DNA of 64,000 nucleotides from Novakomyces olei (Eukaryota): NCBI GenBank assembly GCA_016906335.1, contig JADEYG010000009.1, forward strand, positions 310,001 through 374,000. The letters run 5' to 3'. A program made the translations under genes and the position numbers. The notes under the pieces are model-generated. The model made no database searches, had not been told where the DNA came from, and saw only the letters and a list, made by a program, of their open reading frames with translations. Positions 34,886 to 50,700 of this stretch are shown one piece after another (position 1 is the stretch's first letter; every line of letters starts with the position of its first letter).

Positions 34886-36071
34886 ATGGACTCTACAAAG
34901 TTCTTGTTGGGACAAGACAGCGAGTCAGACGCAAACAGTAATACTTCAGAAAGAGACAATGACGAGTTTGATACGTTTGAGCCTCGTAAAGGCGCCGTAA
35001 AGCGAAGACGCTTAAGTGCAGACGCGAGCGATGACGAAGGAGAGGACAGCGCAGACGAGTCGGACAGTGCAGAAATAAGAGATGCAGAAACGAAATCTGT
35101 ACTAAAACCGACTAATCAATCTAAGCAGCAGGAAAAAAAGGCGGCAAAGAAATTAATAGTCACTAAGGAATCAGCTGAGGAAGCAAATGCTGCTCGACAC
35201 CAGTCTGGCATTATATATCTATCATCAATTCCACCTTATATGCCTCCAGCGAAAATAAATAGTCTACTTTCACCGTTTGGCAAGCTGGGCCGGATTTATC
35301 TTGTACCGGAGGACAGCAAACTACATCAGCAGAGGGTACGTAACGGTGGCAATAAGAAGAAAAAGTACGTTGAAGGCTGGATCGAATTCAAAGACAAAAA
35401 ACGAGCAAAAGAGGCGGCTCTGCGATTAAATGGTGAGAAAGTGGGTGGAAGTCGTGGTAGCTGGTGGCGAGAAGATATTTGGAATATGAAATATTTAAAA
35501 GGTTTCAAGTGGGATCATCTCACGTCACAGATGGGTATGCTTATTCCAATTAATTACAGTTTTATTCAAGTGTCTACCATTTGGTTTGCCGCAGATCTTT
35601 TTGCAACCATCTCTCCAGTTTATTTTTATTTTTACATACGGCTGGATTTGAAGAGAACGGCTCGCTTGTTTTTGTTTAATCTGTTTATGAGCCTATTGAT
35701 ATGATTATTTGCACAATTTATTCTCGAGGTTTATGCTTTAGTTTTTTATTATTTTATTATTTTATTATTTTATGTTTTTTTATCCTTGTTTGTTTTGATT
35801 TTAACAAGCAGCGGCGGAGAGGCTTGAACGAGAAGCCCGATTAAAGGCATCAATTTCACAGGCGAGACGCGAAAACAAAGAGTACCTTGCTCAAGTAGAA
35901 CGGCATCGACGAGCACAGGGAGCAGAACGGACGCGGAAGGAAAAAGGGAAACCCGCAAAAGCGCCTACTCGCGAATACACAGACGGACCGCGCCAATTTG
36001 AGCCTAAGCGCAAGGAGAATCAGCGGACAGATGAAAAGGCTCTTAACCAAGTGCTGTCTTCAATTTTTTAA
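34886..36071 (+). CDS. ESF2: Pre-rRNA processing protein Esf2/ABT1, 2 exons
   Basis: GIIYLSSIPPYM, GRIYLVPED, EGWIEF and DIWNMKYLKGFKWDHL. The second exon reads AAERLEREARLKASISQARRENKEYL...VLSSIF*. Confidence 0.95.
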
Positions 36072-36647
36072 TATTATGTTTCTGGATTGTAGGCAACTAT
36101 AAAGTTTTGGAGTATCAAAGACCAGACAGAAATGCTACATTGCCTGATTAAATAACATTAACATTCCCCTAAAATTACCACAAAATTACCATAGAATTGT
36201 AGCTTATTTATATTCGAGGATCTGATCAATAAAATTTAAATTATTTCTTCTCTTCTCTTTTCTAATTTTTTTTTTTTAATAATTTTTTTGGGTAACATTT
36301 CTTTTTTGCATCGTGTTCAAGATGACTCCGGCTTTTTGCATGATTTTCAATTACTATTAATCCATTTAGCAATAGCGGAATAGCGGTGTCACTGTATCTC
36401 AATCTGATGAAATTCTTTAAGACGACTCAAAAATATAACAATTAGTCCTTACCAGTAATGCAATATATCAAGCTTTATGAGCAAAGAAAAGCAGAACAAT
36501 TAAGCAGTTAAATTATTAAATTATTAAATTATTAAATTATTAAATTATTAAATTTCTAAATTTCTAAATAAACCTATCAACATTGATATTCAAGTAAGAA
36601 TTGACCAGATAAAAAGAAAAAATAACGTGGCCTAGTTCAGATCAAAC

Positions 36648-37382
36648 ATGTCTTGCTGCCGGAGACTTGTATCGCACTGCTGCGGTCGACTGACCGCGGC
36701 AAATCGGCCAATCAAAACTTTTGCAACATCTTCTAAATCGTTTCAGACTTTTGCAACCGAAAGATCAGCCGATGAAAACAATGATAATGCCTCTGCTACA
36801 ACCCTTCACGATGCACCCAAAGAAATACCACAAGAACTGCTAAAGCTCCCTCCGAACGTGATCGGGACTTACTTGGCACCTTTAAAAAGGCCTAAAACGC
36901 ACGGTCACCGTGTAGCGCAAATTCAATTGCGCAGTTACGAAGCAAAAGCCGTCGAATTTTATGCTGATTTTGTGCAACGAGCCGGATACTATTTGAATAT
37001 ACCAATGTCGGGCGTTTTCCCGTTGCCGCGGCAACGCAAGCTATGGACATTGAACCGTTCGCCTTTTGTACATAAACGATCTCAAGAAAACTTTGAGCGG
37101 ATAACTTACTCCCGACTTATCACCTGCTACGATGCAAACAAAAGTGTGGTGCTTATGCTCCTTGGCTACTTGAAGCAAAACGGATTTCCCGGTGTGGGTG
37201 TAAAGGCAAACGTGTTTGTTCGCGAAGATTTGTCCACGTTGGAGCACGTGGACGCGGAATCTAAGGCCCACCGTTTGCATTCTAGCAAGGAAAATAAGGA
37301 AACGGCAGAGATGGTGAATAAGATACTCAGCAGTCCGGAATACGCTTCCCTGCTGAAGGAGAGTAAAAAGATCACGTCTTGA
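36648..37382 (+). CDS. RSM10: Mitochondrial ribosomal protein uS10m
   Basis: N-terminal presequence-like region and an S10 domain (IQLRSY...FYADF...PLPRQRKLWTLNRSPFVHKRSQENFERIT). Confidence 0.93.
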   Translation: MSCCRRLVSHCCGRLTAANRPIKTFATSSKSFQTFATERSADENNDNASATTLHDAPKEIPQELLKLPPNVIGTYLAPLKRPKTHGHRVAQIQLRSYEAKAVEFYADFVQRAGYYLNIPMSGVFPLPRQRKLWTLNRSPFVHKRSQENFERITYSRLITCYDANKSVVLMLLGYLKQNGFPGVGVKANVFVREDLSTLEHVDAESKAHRLHSSKENKETAEMVNKILSSPEYASLLKESKKITS

Positions 37383-37770
37383 CTGTGATACGAGCATGGA
37401 TAGATAAAATTACACAATATTGCGCTTGCTCCTTTTTGCTTTCAATCATTCGCTTAACGTCTAATACGATAGGATCAATTGCATTGTATAAATAATTGTA
37501 TAAATAAAAATAAAATACGAGCAGAAGACTCGTGACCCGTTTGCTGGAGTGTAGCCATCCAAGCCTTTGGCACGCCGCTCTACTTTACCCCATCTAACAT
37601 GGACCGTCTGGTTTGTGAAACAACTTTAGCACAAATCTAAAATGCCACTGGCGGCGACAGACAAGAGCAATTCAGAATATTGTCACTGTAGAATTAGATT
37701 ACTATTATAAAGCTTTAGAGGCCAAGTGCGCAACTGCGACAGGTCAGCAAGTGCTGTACGAAGATCCTAT

Positions 37771-38436
37771 TTATTCATAGACCCAAGCGGCAGAGGCCTG
37801 CTTGTACGAGATAACTTCTTCCGGCTTGAACCAGAGAGCAATCTCCTTCTTGGCGTTCTCCACAGAGTCAGAGCCGTGGCAGATGTTGCGGCCGACATCG
37901 ATACCAAAATCGCCACGAATCGTGCCTGGAGCAGAGGCAAGAGGATTAGTCGCTCCCAGGATGGCTTAAATTCACGGTTAGTGTAAAGCCAGCTGATTGC
38001 ATAAACTTACTGCGGCCAACACGGACAACGTCCTTGCCTTCCCAGACCATAGCGGCAATTGGGCCGCTCAGCATATACTTGATGAGCCTAGAGAAAGGGT
38101 TAGTTACAATTTGGAGAGCTGCTTTCGGCTGGAATGGAGGATTTTCCTCAAGAAAAAAATAATAAATAAATAAATAAAACCCAACAGCAATCCGTACCCA
38201 GGGAAGAATGGCTTAGAGCTCAAGTCCTCGTAATGCTTCTCCAGCAGCGATTGAGGAGGGGAAGTAAGCTTAAATGCAGCCAGCTTGTAGCCCTTGTTCT
38301 CGAAGCGGGAAACGATGTTGCCAACAAGCCCGCGCTGAACACCATCCGGCTTCACGGCGATAAAAGTCCTTGGGAAATTAGCAATTGCACTCTTACAATC
38401 GCGAATGTCGCTTTAGACCTACTTTTCGTCTGCCAT
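37771..38436 (-). CDS. NDK1: Nucleoside diphosphate kinase, 4 exons
   Basis: [46 protein letters not shown] and PGTIRGDF...RNICHGSDS (catalytic His). C-terminus WVYE*. Confidence 0.97.
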
Positions 38437-38836
38437 TTCGATAGAATTGGATCAGTAAGTGTTTGGTTTTACGGTTTGTGTTTGATTCGTTCCTTTTTTC
38501 TTCTTTTTCTGTGCGGAAAATTATGTTATGTCCAAGTTTTTATTCTTGAGGGCTAGTTTACTTTAACGTGTTTTTATTGGGACCTCAAGGGTGGGGGACC
38601 TTGCGCCTTGGGACCTTTACTAAGCAATATTATAAAGCGTTATAATATCTCTACTATATACCATCTCTACCATATATTATCTAAACTATATTATCTAAAC
38701 TATATATTATTTAAACTATATATTATCTACATTATATTGTATGATTTGCCTTGACGACCACCGTAGTAGATTCGCGATTCAACCTTCACGCCAGTGTACG
38801 AGTCAACAATGCCTTATGTGCGGCTCTAAGAATAGC

Positions 38837-42825
<3,989 letters not shown>

Positions 42826-42864
42826 TGCAACGGCCGACGGGACACGACAAGTTTTGAGTCTCCG

Positions 42865-42917
42865 TCGCGTCGTCTGTTCTTTGTGCAATTAATTATTGTT
42901 TACGTGACAGAACGCGT
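42865..42917. promoter_or_regulatory. MCB-like elements (ACGCGA, ACGCGT) upstream of SMC3
   Basis: TCGCGT at 42865-42870 and ACGCGT at 42912-42917, 40-90 bp upstream of the ATG. Cohesin genes are known MBF targets in yeasts. Confidence 0.6.
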
Positions 42918-43307
42918 CTTTGCTGTAATTCTGTTATTAATATATATTTTATATACGCAGAATCAGTAATATAAGACTATATGAGATTTTTACAGGTAAA
43001 ATAGGGCACCGTTCCTTAGAACATGGTACAAGTAATTGCGTTAATTCATTTTTAGTTTAGAGGATATATTTTAGTCAGTTCAATAGCTCAATATTTGAAT
43101 AATTTATAATTTAATGCTCTGATTATCTGCTTGTCAAAGGTTTTACAATGTGTCCAGCTATGGCCAGTCAAAACTGTGCCGTTCTCTGTCGCGAACACTT
43201 TTCATCAAACTAGCCACGAAAAGAAATGCTTGCGCTGACCTTTTATAAGGCATATTCTACAAACATTGATTTCACACGTATTAATGAATCTCGAAGGAAT
43301 GGCTAGT

Positions 43308-44452
43308 TTAGTCTCTGAATTTGAGACAGAGCTGTTTCATGTTGCGCGTATCAATTACACCGTGCACGCTGCTATCGTAAATAGCTTGAACTGTTGCGAT
43401 TGCAACAATTTCAGTGGGTAAAGCTTCAATCCCCGCGCTACCAAGAAGCTTTGATAGCGAACGGCCTGTGAGCCGATTAAGACCGGATGATACCTGGATT
43501 AGACGGCGCAAGGGCATTGATATGCTGCGGTCCTCCGAGTACATGAAGCCTATAACGTCAGCCCCATCTAATAATACATGATAGAACTCAAACTAAAAAT
43601 AATCAAAATTATCAATAATAAAAAGGCCACTGATGGTATAAACGATCAGTTGATTGACAAAGTAATTGACAGGATCACAAGATATCTAGCTCACCTGGCC
43701 GCATAAATATTGACCTTAAATCAGGTAACTTAGCAATTTGGTCCTCTGCTTCGCGTTTCGATTTCACGTATCTCTGTGGCACCAAAGGGAAATGACTGGC
43801 CGCAGAAATATAGGCATAAGCCTGTGTTCGTGACGATCTGCTCGCCTGCTCTGCCACTCGTACAGCTAAAAAGAGTATTTAGCAAAAGAATAAATTGGCA
43901 TAGTGTATATATAAGATTAAACCCAATTTATATAATTAATGAATCTCATTTTAAAGCCTTTAGCTTTTCATACACATACCCAAATCACGATTAACCGACT
44001 CGTACGTAGGCCGTTTTTCATCAGCTGGTTTGAGGGGATTCTCGCCTACCAAGAGCGACTTCAACACACTTGGCGCGTATAACAGATTCCCCCGGACAAG
44101 ACGCTTGTAATCGGCTTCCAATAATATTCCAGCCGTGTTTACTACCGCATCGTGCGAATTTACATAGCGAGCAAGAGTTTCCGGATCATTAGCGTCTCCA
44201 GTTTCCCATTCTATCCGCGGAGCCCATCGTTCCGCGGCAAATTCGTTCGACACGCCAGACCGACTATAAAGCGTATTAGTCGGGTATTTTCTTCCTTCTC
44301 TCTTGTTTTTGGTCGTTTTGTGGCTTTAACTTTTTGCTTTTTGCTCCATACCTAAGTGATGTGACTTGCAGTCCTTTAACAAGACCGGCGCGGCAAATAT
44401 GCCGACCTAGAAAGCCGCTGCCTCCTATAACTAGGAGATTCTTTATCGGCAT
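43308..44452 (-). CDS. COQ11: Atypical SDR, Coq11/NDUFA9-like, 4 exons
   Basis: LLVIGGSGFLGRHIC, SL|SRSG, GILLEADYK, TYESVNRD, YISAA, RYVKSKREAE and RPG|FMYS. Confidence 0.85.
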
Positions 44453-44673
44453 CTGTTGCGTAAATTGACATACGAGTTTTATCTATATTGTTTTATAATT
44501 TACTGTATAATTATTTTATTTTATTTTATATTATATTATATTATTTTTTTGTCACATCACACGCTCCAGAATATTATTATTTGCTATTAAATTATTAAAT
44601 TAAATAAATAGACGAATAATCTGTGATTGGCACGGCGCACGCTAATGACAGGTTCGAGCAGTTGAAGGCTCCA

Positions 44674-47201
44674 ATGGTCCTACAGCGGCTGTTGCGCCTT
44701 GAAAATTCAAGAATATGCCACTGGAAATTTTATAGGACTGCAAATTGCTCTACCAGACTTTTAGATGGTTCGATTTGTCAAAGGCTAAACCACACAAGTG
44801 CAAAGGCCAATGTTCCACTGTCAAAACTGCTGCGGCAGCGGCTGGGCATTGATCCCGGCACGAATGCTGGACAGGATGTGAATGACACGATCATTGGGGA
44901 AGAGACAAATGCTTTTGATTTTGACGCTTATACTGGGGAAAAGGGCGCGAGTCTTTCGGAGTCAAGGCAGGTCGAAGGTATGTCTCGGTACGAGTCGCAA
45001 AAGGTATTTCTTTATCGATAATAATTTTTTTATCAGGCTGCTACATGCGCTGTTTGTTTATGTACCTAAGATTTAGTTTTGAGCATGGTAATGTGATTCC
45101 GTTGCCAATGCCAAACGCTCGTGTCTAATACTGCCTTGCTCTTTTCATGTTTAAAAATTGATTATTATTTCATTTGATATTTATTTATTTGTTAAATGTT
45201 TATTTATTTTTTGAGTATTTATTGATTTATTAATATCCAACTTTTATTATTTTTTGGTATAAAATTCTAAATTCTTATAAACAGCTCTTCAGTGACTTGG
45301 AAAAGTACATTGATAACAAGGATGAATTACGGATTCAAAGATTGTTTTCACGGACTTTAGAAATGCTCCCGTCCGAAGGAAACTGTTCAGGAATGGCGCG
45401 GGTCATTATTCGAGACTGTTTTCGCCGTGGCCAACCCCAGATGGCTATAAACTTTTTCACAATATTTCTACTAGAACACGCGTGGCCTCGATTATCGTTT
45501 GATGATATGAGCAGTATCGCTAATGTTGTCTTGAGTTTCTTGAACCGGGTCCCCGATAAAGCCGGAGTAACTGACGTCATGAACGTTATAAAAGCCATGC
45601 CGCGACGGTACGGAATGACCTCTTACACAAAGAGCACACTGGTGTGCCTTTTCCGATATTATCTGCGTAGTCAAAAATTTGAAGATGCCCTTGCTATTCT
45701 CGCCCAAGCTCAAAAATCACGAATCACATTGGGAACAAGCCATATTGCTGCTTATTTGAGATCAGCTCTTGCTTTTGATTTGACCAGGCAGCAAAGAGAC
45801 ACGAGTCTGCAATATTTTTGCAATGAGTCGTCCACCCAAACCTTGAAAAAGCAATTAACAAGTACAGTAAACGCTTCCTTTCCAACTGCTCTAGCAACGT
45901 CTCTGCAAGGGGGAGCCCTAGCAAATTTGCACCATTTAATTTCAAGTAGCGGCGGCAGCAGCAATTCATTTGGAACAGAACTGCGTTACTATCAAAGAGG
46001 TTTGAAATACGTGCCTCTGAGCCACAGCAGTATTGCCCTGTTTCATGTACAGTTACAGGGCTATTTTGATACGTGTCATTTCGAATCATTTCGTGATTTA
46101 TGTGTACAAATATTGGACCTTCCAAAATCTACAGTTGAGCAATTGGCCCCCAGTATGATTGAAGCGGCCAGGCGGATTGGCATTGCCGCTGTAGCCCGTG
46201 GAGATCGTACAGAATGCCTTCGGGTCTCTGCTTTACTCAATCAGCTTTTGAAAAGGTTCGAGAGGAAATTGTTCGCCATGCAAGACGACCAGCAGCAGAC
46301 GGCCAAAAGCCGGTCAGGGCCAAAGATATACACAGACATAGTTACTGAAATCATTGTGGCTCAATTGAACATTGGAAACTATTCGGCCGCGCAAAAACTG
46401 CTCGTAACCCAGCTGCTTCCCGCTGCCGCTCGGGATGAACTTATCCCAGACTCGGTTTACATTAAACTAGCACGAGCTTTACCTAATCGCAATGGGTTCC
46501 AGTTTTTCACAAACGCGGCGGGCAAAAGCAAAAGTGCACAATTTGCACTCTCACTGCAAAATGCCAGAGTTTTCTCCAAAATTCTTTCACAAAACTTTGT
46601 GCTCTCCTCGCCAGCGGCAATAACGTCACAGATTCGTCTGCTGGGCAGATTAATGGACGCCGTAGCGGTTCAGGAGACGGCAATTTCTCTACAGAAATCA
46701 TTAAATCAGCGTCAAAATTTGGGCAACATTGACGAAATTTCTACTCTAGTCTCCGCCACCCTGCGCTCACTTGCCATAGCTGGTTGTGTGGACGAATTGA
46801 CGCGGCAAGTTCCCGTATGGAGTCGGGCGATACCGGAACATGCTCAAGCTTTTGTTACAAAAAGTATGGTTTCTCTTGAGCACTTCAAAGATTTTGAAAG
46901 GCTTTTGCCTACACTGAGTAGAAGCCTGGTCCAGTTTGCTCGGCCACGACTAGAAGAAAAGGCGTTGCAAACTGCAATTCTACTCGTGGTTCGCCGATGT
47001 CGGGCGCTTTGTTTTGCTCCAGCAAGAGCAGAAAATTTTAATGATCCAAGGAGCCTTTGGCAGAGGGAAAGAGAAGAGGTTATTGTTCGGGCGGCTGCTT
47101 TATATGCAAAGGAAATAGAGTCTCTAGCGGCGCTCGTTCGGACGGGAGTGGATGCTAACGAGGCAGAATTGGTAATTTTGGAGCATTTGAAACGTACATA
47201 A
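44674..47201 (+). CDS. Uncharacterised ~748-aa alpha-helical protein, probably mitochondrial, exons 44674-45003 and 45285-47201
   Basis: Long ORF 45297-47201 joins an upstream exon in phase 0 (AAG|GTATTT...AAACAG|CTC). The N-terminus is rich in R/L/S. No family was recognised. Confidence 0.75.
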
Positions 47202-47733
47202 ATCGGTAATCATAGGTAATAATAGGTAAATAATAGATAATTAATAAATAATAAAATAAGTAATAATTCAAACATTATTTAACAATAGAAATCTAACGAG
47301 CTCTTTCTAACACTGACCCTACTCTAAAAAAATCTAATATGCAAAAGTTTTAATGTGCAAACAACAGTCAAGATTACCCCTCGCCCATTATATTCCAAAA
47401 TATACATACAATCATATAATGCCTCTAATTCAGGCTCCAAAAATACATCGCGAGGTACATTGTACAATTAAAACAAATGCCTTGTCCATTGTTTCTCTTC
47501 CATACTGGCTTGCGCCTTCCTTTTAGTCATCTTTTTATATCCCTCCTCTATCATGCTTTGTATACCGAAAAATTCCCCTTTCTGGTGCCCTCCTTTTAAT
47601 CATATCGGTTTGAACCCTTCGCAAGGCCGCAAGTTTATTGTATCATGTCCTCCTTCAAAACATCGTCATATACATTTTTGTTCCTTTTGTCATCAAAGGA
47701 TTCATTAATTATGTTTTTATCCTATTTTTATGA

Positions 47734-50700
47734 TTATCCTCGTTTGCTGTCACCAACTGCTTCAACGTTTTGCCCGGAGGGACCTTCGCTTGCCGGTAGC
47801 TGTGTCTGTATTTGCTGAGTCGATTTGCTAGAGTCTTCATCGAATACAGCAGAGCATTGCTCCACCAGCGTTTTTACCACTTTTTGCGCTTTTGCAATAT
47901 TCTGCATTTCTATTGCAAACGAATTCGCTCCTTCTGGCTTGAGCAGGTTCGTGCTAAACACGATGGCCAAATTGTAAGCATACATCTGGTTCTCCGCTTC
48001 ATGTTTGGTGACACTATACTTAGTATGTTTCACAAAAGACGGCAGATCGAATTTAATAAGTTTCAAGGCATGTAGTCCAAATTGAATGAAATATTGAATG
48101 AAATACCAAAATGATATTTTTGTGAGCAAGTCCAAATTTTTACAGAAAAACTAGGCAAATTCAAAAAATACAAAGAAACACCTACGTTGTCAAGTGCGTT
48201 ATAATCCGTTTCAAAGTAGCAAAATTCTCTGTACTCAGTTGTGAAACACAGTGTCGCAAGTGCAGTATATTCGTCTCGCTATCTTTACCCATGCCTAGTC
48301 GAATTAGCATCATGCCGTGCAATACAATATAGACAGGAAAAATAAATAAATAAAATTCGAAGCCGAATGCCCTCCCAACTTACCATCCACAAACTTGTTG
48401 TAGTATCGAGACGGAATAACTGGGTCCGGTAATTCCCGAAGCCATAATTTCAAGAGACCAGAAACGGCATTAATGTCCAAATATTTCCTGGCCTTTAAAT
48501 CGACAGATTCCTTGGTATCGTATTCTTCGCGCAGCTGGTTTACAAGTGACACTGTGCCCGAGACCCGGTAGATCCCCACTTCGTTCAATCCGCGGCGTTC
48601 AATTTCCTCGATTAATTCATCCACAATCGACGGAATGTTTCGGTTTTGTCGGCGGCAGGTGTCCGACAAGGGCCGACCAAAAAATAGCCCTAACCCTTGC
48701 TTGGGACTTGGTTTAGACTCCGGCTCGGCGAGGTATTTGCTGGCAGAATCAAGGTGCCGGACCCAGTCACTCGCATCTGCCGTGTTACGTGCCTGCATAT
48801 GCAGCTCAATGCCGTTCGCATGTGCTATTCGAATGACATTTTGGCATTTTAAGACTGCTCGAGTCATCCGGACATTTGACCTTAGGAGATCAAAAACAAA
48901 TGTGGGCTTTGTCCGTGGGGCCACTGACTGCTGCGTGGGCAATTCGCTTGGCAAACAGATTTTGGATGGGCCGTTTGAGCTCGAAATGTTATGGTTATTG
49001 TTATGATTATGGCTGCTGCCCGACCCGCCAATGGCCACAGAGAGCGGTCTTACTGCCTTTAAAAAGGCAGACATGCCTCGTTTACCCGAAATTCCACCCG
49101 TAGAACTCGTTGTTCTAACCATCCCTTCCTGCCGGACAGGGCCACGTCTTCGGGAATCAAAACTGTTGCGGTAAGCCGTCTCCCTCTGAATCTGGTCTCT
49201 ACGAAACTTTTTCTGTTCTTCTGCAACTATATCTGCAAATGGCCGTCCTGGTTTCTTTCCCCCTGACCCACGAGCATTTTGATTCTCGCGGTTAGCATAG
49301 TCACGTAAAGCCTTCCACTGAGACCCAGACATGCTGGGGTTAAGTGGGGGTTTAGAGACAATCTGGCCCCCACCTGGGCCCCCACCGGGGCCCTCACCTG
49401 GGCCCTCACTTTGCGGGTCCAGTACACTATTATCGCCCCCACTATTCCCCCCAGTTAGGTGAGAAACAACATTGTACACGTAGCGGTACTTGTCGAAATT
49501 TACAAGTTCTCTGCCGGCATCAACGAGGGGCTGTGTCATGTTTGGCACGTAGCAGCTGATCTCGAGAAATCGTTCAAACAGCCAACTGACAGAAGCAGCC
49601 AAAGGCCGTGCTGGACGGTCTTCCGCTACAGCAGGAATCAAAGCCAGTAGAGAATTTAAAGGCGAAAAAGACGTAGACTGAGGGCGCCGGCAAGCGTCCC
49701 GTCCTACTTCAGCCCAGGCTTGAGCAAACAGCCTCGACTCTGGCCGGAGCACTCCAGCAGCAACTGCAGTAGTAATAAAAGCAGGAACACTGTACCTTTG
49801 CTGCGTCGTATGGTCCGGCTCAGTTGATTCATTCAGAATAAAATCGAGCATCGACATTCGGTGACGAGAGAGCGCCAGCATATCGAGGAAGAAGCGGATA
49901 CGATCAGCCCTTTCTTCTAACCCAATCTTTGTATCCGCTATGGAATTGCACGTCCACATGACAATTGCCTCGTGCAGATTGAGCAAATTGCGTACAGGTT
50001 TAGGGAAGTTTCTGGCCAGTGGCTCTGTGCTATCGGCCCTCGTGACTTTACCAAACAGTGAAAGAGGGTCGGCAATTGGCATTTCGTCCTCAGACGGCTG
50101 CTTTTCCGATGACAGGGAGTAAAAACCAAAGGGGTCCACACTCTGCCTCTCCAACAGCTCAAAGCTCTCGATCCAGTCAGGGACAGAGACACGGTTTGTT
50201 TGAGCGGCAATGACTACATCAACAGCATCAAGGCACTCGTCCACTTTGTCCAGGGGGACACTGGCGGCTGCCGCTGGAAGAGCTGGAAGCCGTCCGTAAA
50301 AATGCGAAATATCCAGCTCAGGCTCAGGCTTTGTCATAGCCGGAGAATGGCATTTGCCACAGTAGAGAGTGAACAAATTGCTCGCTGATTGCGTCAGTGA
50401 GGCCGCTATTGATTGAGCCTGAGCCAATTGCTGCTCAATTTTGTGCGAGTTTTCTCCTACACTTTGCTGCCTTTTTTCCTCTGTCGACTCGCCTCTGCCA
50501 GACAAGTCTGCCGCTAAAGTCCTCCACTCCTCTACGCACAAATCAACTGCCCGTAAAAGCACATCAAAGTCCCTATGCAGCTGCGTCACACTGCGAAAAT
50601 CACTAAAGTAATGTTCAACCCAATAGTGGACAGCCTCAACCACGTTTGACTGTGCTTTAAACGTCAATCCTGCGTCAAACCGGGCGGGTAATCCCGGAGC

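Noticed and set aside
47607-47616. B-box-like GGTTCAAACC on the minus strand, possible tRNA
   Set aside because: No cloverleaf, A-box or acceptor stem surrounds it.
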